Below, in pieces: positions 10,940-20,674 of a stretch of DNA of 32,216 bases. Source of the stretch: Asterionella formosa (Eukaryota); NCBI GenBank assembly GCA_002256025.1, contig NKIB01000514.1, positions 1-32,216 on the forward strand, in the 5' to 3' direction. Within the stretch, counting starts at the first letter, position 1. Each line of letters starts with the position of its first letter. A program made the translations under genes and the position numbers. The notes under the pieces are model-generated. The model ran no database searches and was not told the DNA's origin. It saw only the letters and a list, made by a program, of their open reading frames with translations.

Positions 10940-13900
10940 ATGAGCTCTCGCTCCCTCGAGACTATACTATACATCGATGATACAGAAAGACGCAGACAAG
11001 GGACACAGACATCATTCACTCGTAGTCTGTGTTCACTGCTACGCATTTTGCCATGTATTCTTTTTTCACTTGGTCATTGCTCAAATGCTTTCGTCTCACC
11101 TCGTCACGTGACATTGCAACGACCGAGAGCACATCCGCATCCATCATCTACCGCCATTACGGGCATTAAAGGCTTTCGTGCTTGGTTCGAATCTCAATTT
11201 CCCCATGCTATTTCAGCCATTGACAAGGAAACTGCCAACGATTCCTTTGATCACGTCTTGATTGACATGAATCAGTTGTTGCACATTTCCCTTCGACGGG
11301 CTCTTAACCACGGTCACGCTTTGGCCATGCTAATGAAAGAACTGGACGCATGTATCGATCTTGCCACCCCGACCAAATCATTGGTGTTGGCTATGGACGG
11401 GCCTCCCAGTGCCGCCAAATTGGCCACACAACGGCGGAGGCGCTTTGGGACGTTAGTACGGAGCGGATGGAAACAAAAACAGCTTTCACGATTTCGAAAA
11501 GCCCTCTCAAAACGACAAGAATTTGCTTTGCGACGGCGGTATACAAGCGAAGTGAAGACCCTATGCATTACGCCTGGAACTGATTTTATGAAATCGGCCG
11601 AACAGAGCTTGCTTTATTGGGCCTGGCAACGACTTCAAAACCCACGTCATGCCTTGTCCAATGTTAAAATATACATTTCCAGTTCCCTTGTACCTGGAGA
11701 AGGAGAAATTAAATTATTGGAATGGATCTTGCAGCGAAATAGGAATGGGGAGTCCATTGCCATCATGGGTGGAGATTCTGATTTGGTTGTGGAAGGGTTG
11801 ATCATTCCACCTGCCAGTTCACACAACGTCTTTGTCCTATTGCCAGATGGTAGTCGTCGATACTTGGCAGTCAGTCTATGGGAAACGACACGAGCATTGT
11901 CTCGTCTTTTACCAGGAATACAAGGTGAAGACGTAATGCGCGTAAGGACTGACTTGGTTGTTTTACTCATTTTGAATGGAAACGATTACTTGCCTAAGCT
12001 GCGAGGAGCTTCTGGTTTCAACATGGTATTTCATACCTACTTGAAGTTAGTGCACAAGTGGTTAAAGGATCCAAATATTTCTGACCGCCCATTTTTGATT
12101 GATCCTGACTCGTTGAACTTTAATCTTCCTTTTTGCATTGATTTTTTCCAACAACTCATTCCAGAACAACAATTTCTTCATGACGCCGACACTATACGAA
12201 AGAATGGACTGCATACTATAACTCCTCTGGGGCATTTGAATAATCTAGTTGATTCTGCATTTATGCCAAAGCCCATGAGGTGGAGTTTGATTGATAATGA
12301 AGGCCATGTTCAGTCGCTCGTGGACAAAGAAGAGGAGGAACTTATGGATTTTGAAATTAACGAGAGTGATGATGACAGCGTGGATGACAATGTTTGGAGG
12401 CTGCGATTAACGCTTGGAAAAGAAGGAACTGAGGAATACTATTTGTATGAGACTCATCACAAGAAAGGGGTGAAGGTGAAGACAACAAAGAATTTATTGG
12501 CTGGCATTGCGCTAGATGATCTTATGGGAACGGAGTATGAGAATGATATTTCCATTGACGACGAGATGACTAATGGACTATCAAGCGTTGGATACCCTTG
12601 GGAGGTTCAGCATCCACTGAATGGCAAGGTGGATACATACCTGAAAGGAATTATTTGGAATGTCCAAACGTACCAAGACGGCGTGTGTGTTGACTACGGG
12701 TACAACTATGGAAAGCGTATGTCGCCACTTGCACTCGAAATTGTATCCTACTTCAAGGATGCCTTAAAGGATGGCCGAGATGTGGGACGATGCAGTCTGT
12801 CTTCTGATGCGTTCGACGACGCTGTGTCCGCCGGTGTCGCATGCCTTGCAGCTCTCCCTTCTCAAATACAAGAACTCATTCCTGAACCGTACAGGAAATT
12901 GTCCAACACAACTGTAGAAGATATATATGCTTCGTGCATGGATCCACATGACAACGTATTCAATATGAAGGAATTTGAAAGGCGAATCAACGACGAAGTT
13001 AGGATGCTGGGTTTTAACATAAAGTCAAGCCAGGAGTCTGTAGTTCCAATCGACGTGGACCGAGGTCGACGTATCCTCTGTAGTGATCATGCCTGGACAG
13101 TTTTGTCGCGATCCAACGTGCCTCTTGAGCATCCATTTGCACCCCCGGTTCCTTTCTCAGATCATTTTTCTGTTTTGAAGTCTAACACCCGCATTCGTGT
13201 TGGACGGTCTATTGCCGCAACGCGACCACGCGAAAGGAACATTTGGCCTCAGAACCCCAAAAAGGATACTCATCATAGCTCGTTCGTTGTAAAACAGAAT
13301 GAACTGCCTTTGTGGACTCATGGAGATGTCGGCGACCTATTGAAAACCATTGATGGTACGACGAAGTCAATATTCGACGTGAGCTTTAAGACTGGCTACA
13401 AGAAATTAGGAGCACAAACTAATACAAAGGAGAATGATTTACAAACTCCAGCAATGATTGCCTTAGGTTTCAAATCAACCCAAAGGGTAAAAAATGGACA
13501 AGACAAGGAATCTATTTATCAGGAGGACAAGCGAAAAGCGACAATGATTGCAAAGTCTCAGACAGTATCACTTCAAACAAGCCAAAAGTTGGTAGAAATC
13601 AAACTAGCAAATCCTTCTCGAGTTGCAGGGTCAATTTCAGCTTCAAAGTTGAATGGTCTAGACAAGAAATCCAAGGCTAAGGAGCTAGACATGGAGCAGG
13701 AGACGACTGCACATGTAGAGCTGGAAGGCATTGACACTCGCAAGGAACTATTTATCAGTATGGATAAAGTGCCCAAGCATCAGTCATTTTCAAAGCTGAA
13801 GAAAGGACAGGAAACCAACACGAAAAACAAGAAATTGCTAGTGCATACGGTGACTGCCAGAACTCAGCCTGATGATATATTTATCACCAGAAGAATGGTT

Positions 13901-14287
13901 AAATTCAATATCACAAAGCCACCTGAGGATCCATTGCGCAATCCCGAGAAAAAGAATGCATCAATGTTACTCAATCAGCTGGAACAAGCCAATCTACTTA
14001 AATTCACATGGGACTCGGTAATTCCCTCACCAACTGAGTTTGCATCCTTCAACCCTGGAATTCATGAATGCATACGACTTAATATCCAAGCAGGAAAAAT
14101 TCCATTAACTGTATCATTAGGAAAGAATGGTAGGTCCTATGAGCAAGATCGAGATGTACACAACCAACCCAAGCAGCATCTCAAGCTCCATATTGCATCA
14201 ATGGCATTGCAAGACTTGCTTGGCCCAGGAAATTCTTGGTTCACAATGACCTTTAAAGAAATGGAGGATTTACTACAGAGCATTTGA
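10940..14287 (+). CDS. XRN-family 5'-3' exoribonuclease, 1115 aa, probable bipartite plastid-targeting presequence
   Basis: XRN motifs in order: GIKGFRAWF, IDMNQLLH, AMDGPPSAAKLATQRRRRF, ITPGTDFM, PGEGEIK, GGDSDL, GNDYLP, and second conserved region YLKGIIWNVQTYQDG...LAALP...PEPYR. All seven acidic active-site residues present. Hydrophobic stretch followed by SNA-FVSP precedes the domain. Confidence 0.92.
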   Translation: MSSRSLETILYIDDTERRRQGTQTSFTRSLCSLLRILPCILFSLGHCSNAFVSPRHVTLQRPRAHPHPSSTAITGIKGFRAWFESQFPHAISAIDKETANDSFDHVLIDMNQLLHISLRRALNHGHALAMLMKELDACIDLATPTKSLVLAMDGPPSAAKLATQRRRRFGTLVRSGWKQKQLSRFRKALSKRQEFALRRRYTSEVKTLCITPGTDFMKSAEQSLLYWAWQRLQNPRHALSNVKIYISSSLVPGEGEIKLLEWILQRNRNGESIAIMGGDSDLVVEGLIIPPASSHNVFVLLPDGSRRYLAVSLWETTRALSRLLPGIQGEDVMRVRTDLVVLLILNGNDYLPKLRGASGFNMVFHTYLKLVHKWLKDPNISDRPFLIDPDSLNFNLPFCIDFFQQLIPEQQFLHDADTIRKNGLHTITPLGHLNNLVDSAFMPKPMRWSLIDNEGHVQSLVDKEEEELMDFEINESDDDSVDDNVWRLRLTLGKEGTEEYYLYETHHKKGVKVKTTKNLLAGIALDDLMGTEYENDISIDDEMTNGLSSVGYPWEVQHPLNGKVDTYLKGIIWNVQTYQDGVCVDYGYNYGKRMSPLALEIVSYFKDALKDGRDVGRCSLSSDAFDDAVSAGVACLAALPSQIQELIPEPYRKLSNTTVEDIYASCMDPHDNVFNMKEFERRINDEVRMLGFNIKSSQESVVPIDVDRGRRILCSDHAWTVLSRSNVPLEHPFAPPVPFSDHFSVLKSNTRIRVGRSIAATRPRERNIWPQNPKKDTHHSSFVVKQNELPLWTHGDVGDLLKTIDGTTKSIFDVSFKTGYKKLGAQTNTKENDLQTPAMIALGFKSTQRVKNGQDKESIYQEDKRKATMIAKSQTVSLQTSQKLVEIKLANPSRVAGSISASKLNGLDKKSKAKELDMEQETTAHVELEGIDTRKELFISMDKVPKHQSFSKLKKGQETNTKNKKLLVHTVTARTQPDDIFITRRMVKFNITKPPEDPLRNPEKKNASMLLNQLEQANLLKFTWDSVIPSPTEFASFNPGIHECIRLNIQAGKIPLTVSLGKNGRSYEQDRDVHNQPKQHLKLHIASMALQDLLGPGNSWFTMTFKEMEDLLQSI

Positions 14288-14389
14288 AAAATCAAATGAG
14301 TAAACCAGTGAAACATTGAATTATTTTTACAAATGGATGCAACTACATGTTGCACCATGAGGGTTTCTCCATCTTTAATGTTTGGCAAA

Positions 14390-14490
14390 TATTTTAAAAA
14401 ATTGCCTTGGAGTTGCTGAATCTCCGTGGAACTGGGAATGTTTAGCAGCCAATTTTGAATGCCAATGATTTTTTGAATTTGGTACAAGTG
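14390..14490 (+). mobile_element. Repeat family A end, third copy
   Basis: AAAATTGCCTTGGAGTTGCTGAATCTCCGTGGAACTGGGAATGTTTA followed by TTTTTTGAATTTGGTA, similar to 911-1025. Confidence 0.5.
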
Positions 14491-15123
14491 CAAATCTATA
14501 CAAGGGATTTATGACTGAAATTTCTTCACAAGTCTCCTATTCCAATGAAGACATTTTGGTACAAAATGATTCTAATTCCAATATTTTGGTAACCATTGGA
14601 ATGGTGAATTTTGTTGACTTTCTGCGTGATGATTTCTCAACATTGGTGGGGTTTGAAGCCAATTAAAATACATTTATTATCTTCAAATGATATCAGTATA
14701 TAACTGACTAAGACAAACAAACATTTCACCCCAAATTTCTAGTTGTTTTAGAATAATGGTAAACCAAAAATTCCTTTCTTCAGCTCCTAACAAAATCCAT
14801 TGCTTATCCTGACATTAGATATAGAGTGGAACTATACCCATACTTTGACCAATGATGCACTGAATCTTACTACCATAGTGTGTACAGCAAGACACCGTAC
14901 AAATCGTTATGGCAGCATTGTGAGGCAACATCTAGAATTGAACAGATAGAGTGATGTACATAAATTAAATTCAATATTTGATGTGTCAATTGATGTAGAT
15001 ACCGGTAGATTAAAGTACCAGTTCTAGGGACTAGAGGTTCTATACTAGTTCATACATGCATCGATTTCCTAGATGGTTTTAGTACTTGGTAACTAAGATC
15101 AAAATAGTCTGGAAGGAAAAGCA

Positions 15124-15296
15124 CATGTTTTTAGCCAGCCTGTAACTGTTGAATATTCGTGATACTCTGGCTGGGTGATACGAATTTTATGTTATTAAAT
15201 GTGAGTGTAGCGCATGTTTTTAGCCAGCCTGTAACTGTTGAATATTCGTGATACTTTGGGTGATATAAATTTTATGTTATTAAATGTGAGTGCAGC
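15124..15296. repeat. Tandem duplication, ~85-89-bp unit
   Basis: CATGTTTTTAGCCAGCCTGTAACTGTTGAATATTCGTGATACT at 15124 and 15213. Confidence 0.95.
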
Positions 15297-15360
15297 ATCT
15301 AAGCCACAAATACGCCCTTTGTCGAAATTTCATCAACATGGAAGTGTTAATTATGTGGTA

Positions 15361-15806
15361 CCAGTTAAAAATTGCTTTGATCAACTAAACGATACAATAT
15401 TCACAGTGTATTCATAGATTTTTGCTAATTTTCCAGTAGTGACTATTTTTAGTACAACAAAGTTGTTCCTGATGTTGCACCAGATACAACATAATGGTGT
15501 CTAGGTCTCGATTAGGTCTTGTGTTTTAGATAATCATATAAATGTGTCAGAAAGTAGCGATCGGCCCGGAAGTGAAAAAAAATATTAAACTATTGAGCTG
15601 GCATCTCCCGGAAATACACATATACATTTGTAAAGAAAACTTAATATCTAATATTTATTTGGTTGCGTTTAACCGCCATGGACAATATACTATAACAATA
15701 AATGAATGAACTTGCCACTTTTAGTAATTGAATGCAAATTTCTTGAAGGCCAAAACATCGAGCCATAATTTTAAGTCAGAGACAGTAATTCACAGCAGAA
15801 ATTGCT
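15361..15806 (+). mobile_element. Repeat family C, copy 2
   Basis: Collinear with 8671-9120; begins exactly at a TA where homology to element B stops. Confidence 0.85.
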
Positions 15807-15835
15807 CCCAACAGACCACACAATGTAGCAAATCG

Positions 15836-16118
15836 CAGTCATCTCATTAACAACGATGAAACTTTCAGCAAGATGGCTGACCAGCTGAAAAGAAGAGGCA
15901 TGCGGAAGAAGTGCAGAATGAGTGAAAAGGATAAGAAAATAGATGCACACGTGGACCTTGTTACAAACAAGGTTTATGCAATCAGAACTCTAAAAAAACA
16001 GCCGGGAGAATGGACAGTGGCGCAAAGGAAAACAATGGCAACATGGTACAAGCAAGCAGGCGATCTTACATCACCAACAAAGAAGCAACTTCTATTTACC
16101 AGATACCAGATACCATGA
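15836..16118 (+). pseudogene. Probable transposase C-terminal remnant with SAP-like helix pair
   Basis: WTVAQRKTMATWYKQAGD...PTKKQLLFTRY resembles the SAP pattern (TV..LK......G......K..L..R); located inside nested TE debris. Family assignment is inference. Confidence 0.35.
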
Positions 16119-16404
16119 CACCATGATGTGTGTGGACACTGCAGTACCAGTTGCAACTGCAATGACGCCACTTCCTCACCCTTTGATTGCTCCTATATGA
16201 CAAGATCTAAGAACGAGCGATACAACGACAACTGCGAAAAATGCGAGGAGTCTTTGATGGAACCGACAAGATAAAATGAAACATCATCGTATTGTCATCT
16301 ACATTTATTTGACATTTTAGCAGCCCATTTCAGAACAGGAGTGACTTTTGGTGCTGCCTGACTGATGCTGGTGTTTTTCTGTCATTTTGAATTGCTGCAT
16401 GAAA

Positions 16405-16463
16405 GTGTGTGTGTGTGTGTCTGTGTCTGTGTCTGTGTGCTGTGTGTGTGTTGTGTGTTGTGT
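16405..16463. repeat. Imperfect (TG)n/(TGTGTC)n microsatellite
   Basis: Seen directly. Confidence 0.9.
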
Positions 16464-17617
16464 TGCTTTCTGAATTACTGACACACTGTTGCTATGAAAA
16501 TCTTTGCAGGTCAATATCAAAAAGGCATTTCAAGGACAAGAAGGAAGCCAGTGAGGTGCATTCATGTTTCAACAATGCCGCACAATGATGTCTGTTCAAG
16601 AGTGAAAATTGATCCATTCTGAATGAACGGCTTCTCTTCTTGTATTGTCCATTCAGACGTCCCATAATACCTGCCTTCAATAACTGAAGATTCCATTCTG
16701 AAAGTACAGCTTTGATTGCATGTCAAGAGTTGCTTGAATTAGTCAACCACATTATTTGATAGAATTTTTTAATTAGTTGAACAACCTTCAGATAATTAGT
16801 TGAACATCTTTCTGATTATTAGTTGCTTGAATGACGCTTCAGATAATTAGTTGAATGAACTGCGGAAAATAAAGTGAACTAAATTAATTAACTACGTTAG
16901 CAGAATTAATAAATTACGTGAACTAAATTACACAACGGCATTTGTATGTATCAATGACTACTCTTTGAAGATGTGGTATTTTGCCGTTGTTGATCTTATT
17001 TGTTGATGTTTATAGTCGTTGACCATGATGTCAATATTGCCCCCAAGCAATGCTTTTCTTGTACTAACGCGCTTTGCTACATTTCTACTACGAGTTTGTA
17101 TCACAATCTACATAAATACTCAGCAAGAGGGAGTCGATAGTTCTGGAGCAGCCTGGCAATCACGCTTGCTCAGAATGGAACGATCAGGGTTGCTTGTTTG
17201 ATGGGAGGAATGCCTGTGGCGGAAAGACTGCTACTGGTGTCAGGCTACCACAGCGATGTGAATGGTTGCAGCAACCAGATCATCTACACTACATAACGAT
17301 GCAGGTATAAATGGGGTTCAGCTTTTTTCTTATTTCGTTCTTAGATTGTGTGGTGATGGAAAGTCAATTTTGCCTCTGTAAGTACTACAATGTCACAATG
17401 CATACTACATTTCCATTGAAACTCCTATATTTTACTTCATTTCTCATTTGATGCTACTTATTACATCGCATTTCATACTTTGGTTGCTCCAAACATCATG
17501 TTCAATTTTCATTGATGTTGCATGTTACAATCATACTCGTGTGTTTTAACGCTTGTTGTACCATCTCTATGCATATTACCATGATTGTGGTTGTCATGCA
17601 AAAATCGGCAATTTTAA

Positions 17618-18251
17618 TGCCGAAAAATTCGATGTGCCCAATATTGCCTCTAAATAAAAATTACTTAACAAATTACTTAGAGCCTAAAAATTACTTATAA
17701 GTACCCAAATGGCAAGATGATAACTGGAGTGGGAATTGCTGATATATTTTCAAATGGAGTGATAGTCCGCTGCCCACAAGATGAAATGATAAGAAAGACC
17801 CTAAATCAAGTAGCTGTTGCATTATACTACTACTTTTTCAAATATTATGATACCCTCTCAAAAAATGATAAGAATATTCTTGGGAAATCAATAGGGAAAT
17901 GTAATATTAGCACAGAATGCGAGACCTAATTGGGGATCAGGAATCAAGAATCCTTCTGTGTTTCAACTGAATTGGAACTATGTATAATAGACTATATACC
18001 GTATAATACCGGTACTAAATAGTTACTACTATAGTACCAGGGTTTATGTAGTCTTTATGTATACTGTATTTAGCCTTACAGGCTAGCAAATGATGATCCC
18101 AGCCATCACCTCTATGAAATGTATACCAGCAATCCCCACCCTAGCTATCGTCTTGCTTTTCGATGAGAACTGTGGGTGTCTAAGTAATTTTTGGTTTCTT
18201 TCAGTAATTTTTTATTTAGGGGCAATATGGGGCATAGTGGATTTTTCGGCA
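17618..18251. repeat. Diverged inverted repeat pair (~130-150-bp arms): MITE-like element or two facing element ends
   Basis: TGCCGAAAAAT...ATATTGCC.CTAAATAAAAA.TTACT...AATTACTTAG...GCAAGA.GATA.CT...GTGGG.ATTGCTG.TATA at 17618-17750 versus the reverse complement of 18118-18251. Confidence 0.75.
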
Positions 18252-18584
18252 GTCAATTTTAGGTTTGAGCAGCAGGGACCATCGAGCAACGTCAGGAGTA
18301 GAATATTCATGGGAAAAAGTTTGGACTCATCAAAAACGAATCAACCACCGAATATACCGGTACTGGTACATGCATGAAAAATAGTCACACAAGAATGATT
18401 GTAACAGGCATCGAAAATTCGACACAATGTTGTTAAGCAAACAAAGTATGAAATGGAAATCGAAAGGTAAGACGTGAAAATGACAAGCAGGGAGAAGGGG
18501 AAAAAGTTGAAAAGAAAATGGGTCAGCGGAAAAAACGTGTGAAAATTTGTCAACGAATTTTCATTAACAATTTTCAACTCACAC

Positions 18585-18610
18585 ATTTTTGTCGTTGCAA
18601 CGACAAAAAT
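18585..18610. other. Perfect 26-bp palindrome
   Basis: ATTTTTGTCGTTGCAACGACAAAAAT equals its own reverse complement. Confidence 0.95.
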
Positions 18611-18621
18611 TTCAGAAATGT

Positions 18622-19571
18622 TCAGATTGGGCCTGGAGGAGCAGAAACCGATGCCTGAATGGATTTAGAGGCAGTGCTTGTTTCTGTATTGATTCGGACT
18701 TGTGGTTGCGGAGGTGTTGGAGGAGCAACAGCTTTATAGTGGAGGTTTGGTGCTGGCGATGCAGACTTCTGGTATCAGGTAGTATCCGGCAGGAGGAGGA
18801 GCAGGATGCGTCGAAAATTTACTGGCTGATGTGGGCGTTTGTGGCTTGTAAAATTGAGGAGGACAGGTTTGAGTAGGTTGATAGGGAGCAATGGAGTAAT
18901 ATGTTGTTGGTGCTGGTGAGATATGTTGCCCACATTGTTTGCGTCCTTAAGACTTTGCAATCTTCGTGCAAGTTTCGATAAAAGTGGCTTGCTAGCGTTG
19001 GGAAACAGGAAAAGAATAATAATGGTGTGTGTTTATTATATCTCAAGAAAACAACAATCAACTGGCAACATATTTCAACTCATTGGACAAGCTGGTTTGA
19101 CCAGTGGATACTGATTTGTTGCATCGTCAGGAAGTGGAGGAGTAACATGACAATAGCCTTCATCAACGTTCTGAAGAGAAAGAAATATGTTTCATAATTA
19201 GTATACTTGACCATGGCGGGAACTCAAATTGACAACAACAATCAACAAGAACATACCTGTCCTCTCTTCCTTGTTGAATACGAGTTAATGCAGAACACCG
19301 GTTCCATCATGTTCCGGCTGCTTTGCGGAGTTTGCGATAGCTCATTGAGATTGAAGACTTTTCGTTTGTCATTGTAGAAGATTATGCAGATGGTCTGTAA
19401 CAAGAGCAATATTGTGATTAGAAAGCAACGAAACAATACTATTGTAGAGCAGCGGAAAAAAAGCCAACACGTGAGAACTAAAACTTGCTGCCAAGATCTG
19501 ATTTGAGATAGTGTAGAACACGAAGAAAACATACTACAAAAATATAGTTAAAATTTAACGGCTGATCATAT
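18622..19571 (-). pseudogene. Decayed multi-exon gene with Pro-rich last exon, unknown function
   Basis: GTATGT donors (~19534, ~19256) and pyrimidine-rich AG acceptors (~19572, ~19395, ~19171, ~18992) give an in-phase chain YDQPLNFNYIFV / TICIIFYND...KRGQ / NVDEGYCHVTPPLPD; one donor is degenerate and the last exon is frameshifted. Confidence 0.45.
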
Positions 19572-20025
19572 CTGAAGAAAATACCAGTTCAATGACGAGA
19601 TGGAAAGCCTAACTTTGACCTACCATAATGTTTCGAGTTTTGATACCCAACGACTGATTGAGGTCGTTTCTGAACAATCATTAATTTATTCATCACTACA
19701 TATCAAATCTAGCGAAGGAGTTGACCGGAAAGGCTATCGGAAATCAACAGAAAGGGGAACCGAAATTTTGGCGCCACTGTGACGAAGCAAGCACGATGCG
19801 ACGATATTAATCCCATAAGAAGTCGAATTTTCCAACAACCAGCCAGATCCATTTGATGAAGAGTCGATGTTTGAGACATCAATGACCAGATTTTGTATAC
19901 ATCGGAGCATGCTGGAAGATAGCAGGGATGTAAATAGTGGAATAGCCATCGACACTTTAAAGAAAATCATCATTTCGTGCCTTCATGTAGCTCCTCCTAC
20001 TCTTGTCCAATTTCGGAAGTCGATC

Positions 20026-20408
20026 TTCCTTAAGTAAACGGCAGTCAATTGAGGGGCTATAGATATCAGTAATCAAATTCCCTTAAATAAACGGCAGTCG
20101 ATTTGGGCAATGAAATCTAGGGGTCATTGAGAATATTGAAGGTACCGGTAGTTTGGCAGTCGAAAAACGGAGCATATGAAATAGACAAAATATGTTTTAT
20201 ATGATGGGCAATTGCAGGATTGAGTAATCCAAAAACTGTACATATGAAATACACAAAATATGTTTTATATGGTGGGCAATTGGCAAGTTCGCATCCAACA
20301 TACAAACTACGGCGCTGCGAGAAGGTCAACCTACTCGCGCCTCCCAAGCCTCGAACGCAAGAATACTCGCAGGCAGTCTCCACCCTCGGTCGTGTATTAC
20401 CTTCAGCA
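20026..20408 (+). mobile_element. Repeat family H, copy 2 (inner hairpin and right arm only)
   Basis: Same motif order as 180-611; 40-bp repeats at 20173-20212 and 20241-20280; CTCG units at 20334, 20350, 20366, 20385. Confidence 0.65.
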
Positions 20409-20674
20409 TACCGTATACGCAGACATCAGTACCGGTAGTTCATCAGCCGTCATAAATAGCCGTAAAGACAGATGTATGATGTTCATAAACGCAACCGGTA
20501 ATATACCGGTAGTCCGGTTACAAATTACATACACACCGCACAACGCTATCGTATCTTCTAGTTTCAGTATCAGGAGGGAGCACTTGGTACCTGGTAGTCT
20601 ACCTGGTACTATACTTCTCATCTTTGTTCCTTTCATCGCACAACAATATTAAGCTTATTACCAGGTACCTCGTG

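Larger units (their letters stand above)
15296..16940 (-). mobile_element. Element B, second copy (inverted, rearranged, interrupted by family C)
   Basis: 15296-15360 matches the reverse complement of 4645-4711 including the TIR; ~16610-16940 matches the reverse complement of ~2690-2960 with AATTAGTTGAA/GTGAACTAAATTA arrays; far TIR not found. Confidence 0.7.

Noticed and set aside
10447..14445. XRN gene captured between inverted family A repeats (Pack-type element)
   Set aside because: Homology between A copies extends away from the gene, so XRN lies outside both elements.
11314..14493. Short overlapping or antisense ORFs within the XRN gene (and likewise within the other two genes)
   Set aside because: Expected shadow ORFs of long coding regions; no independent evidence.
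20624..20674. TTG-started N-terminal extension of the large ORF
   Set aside because: Eukaryotic gene; first ATG is at 20675 and the extension contains a TACCAGGTA word typical of non-coding DNA here.
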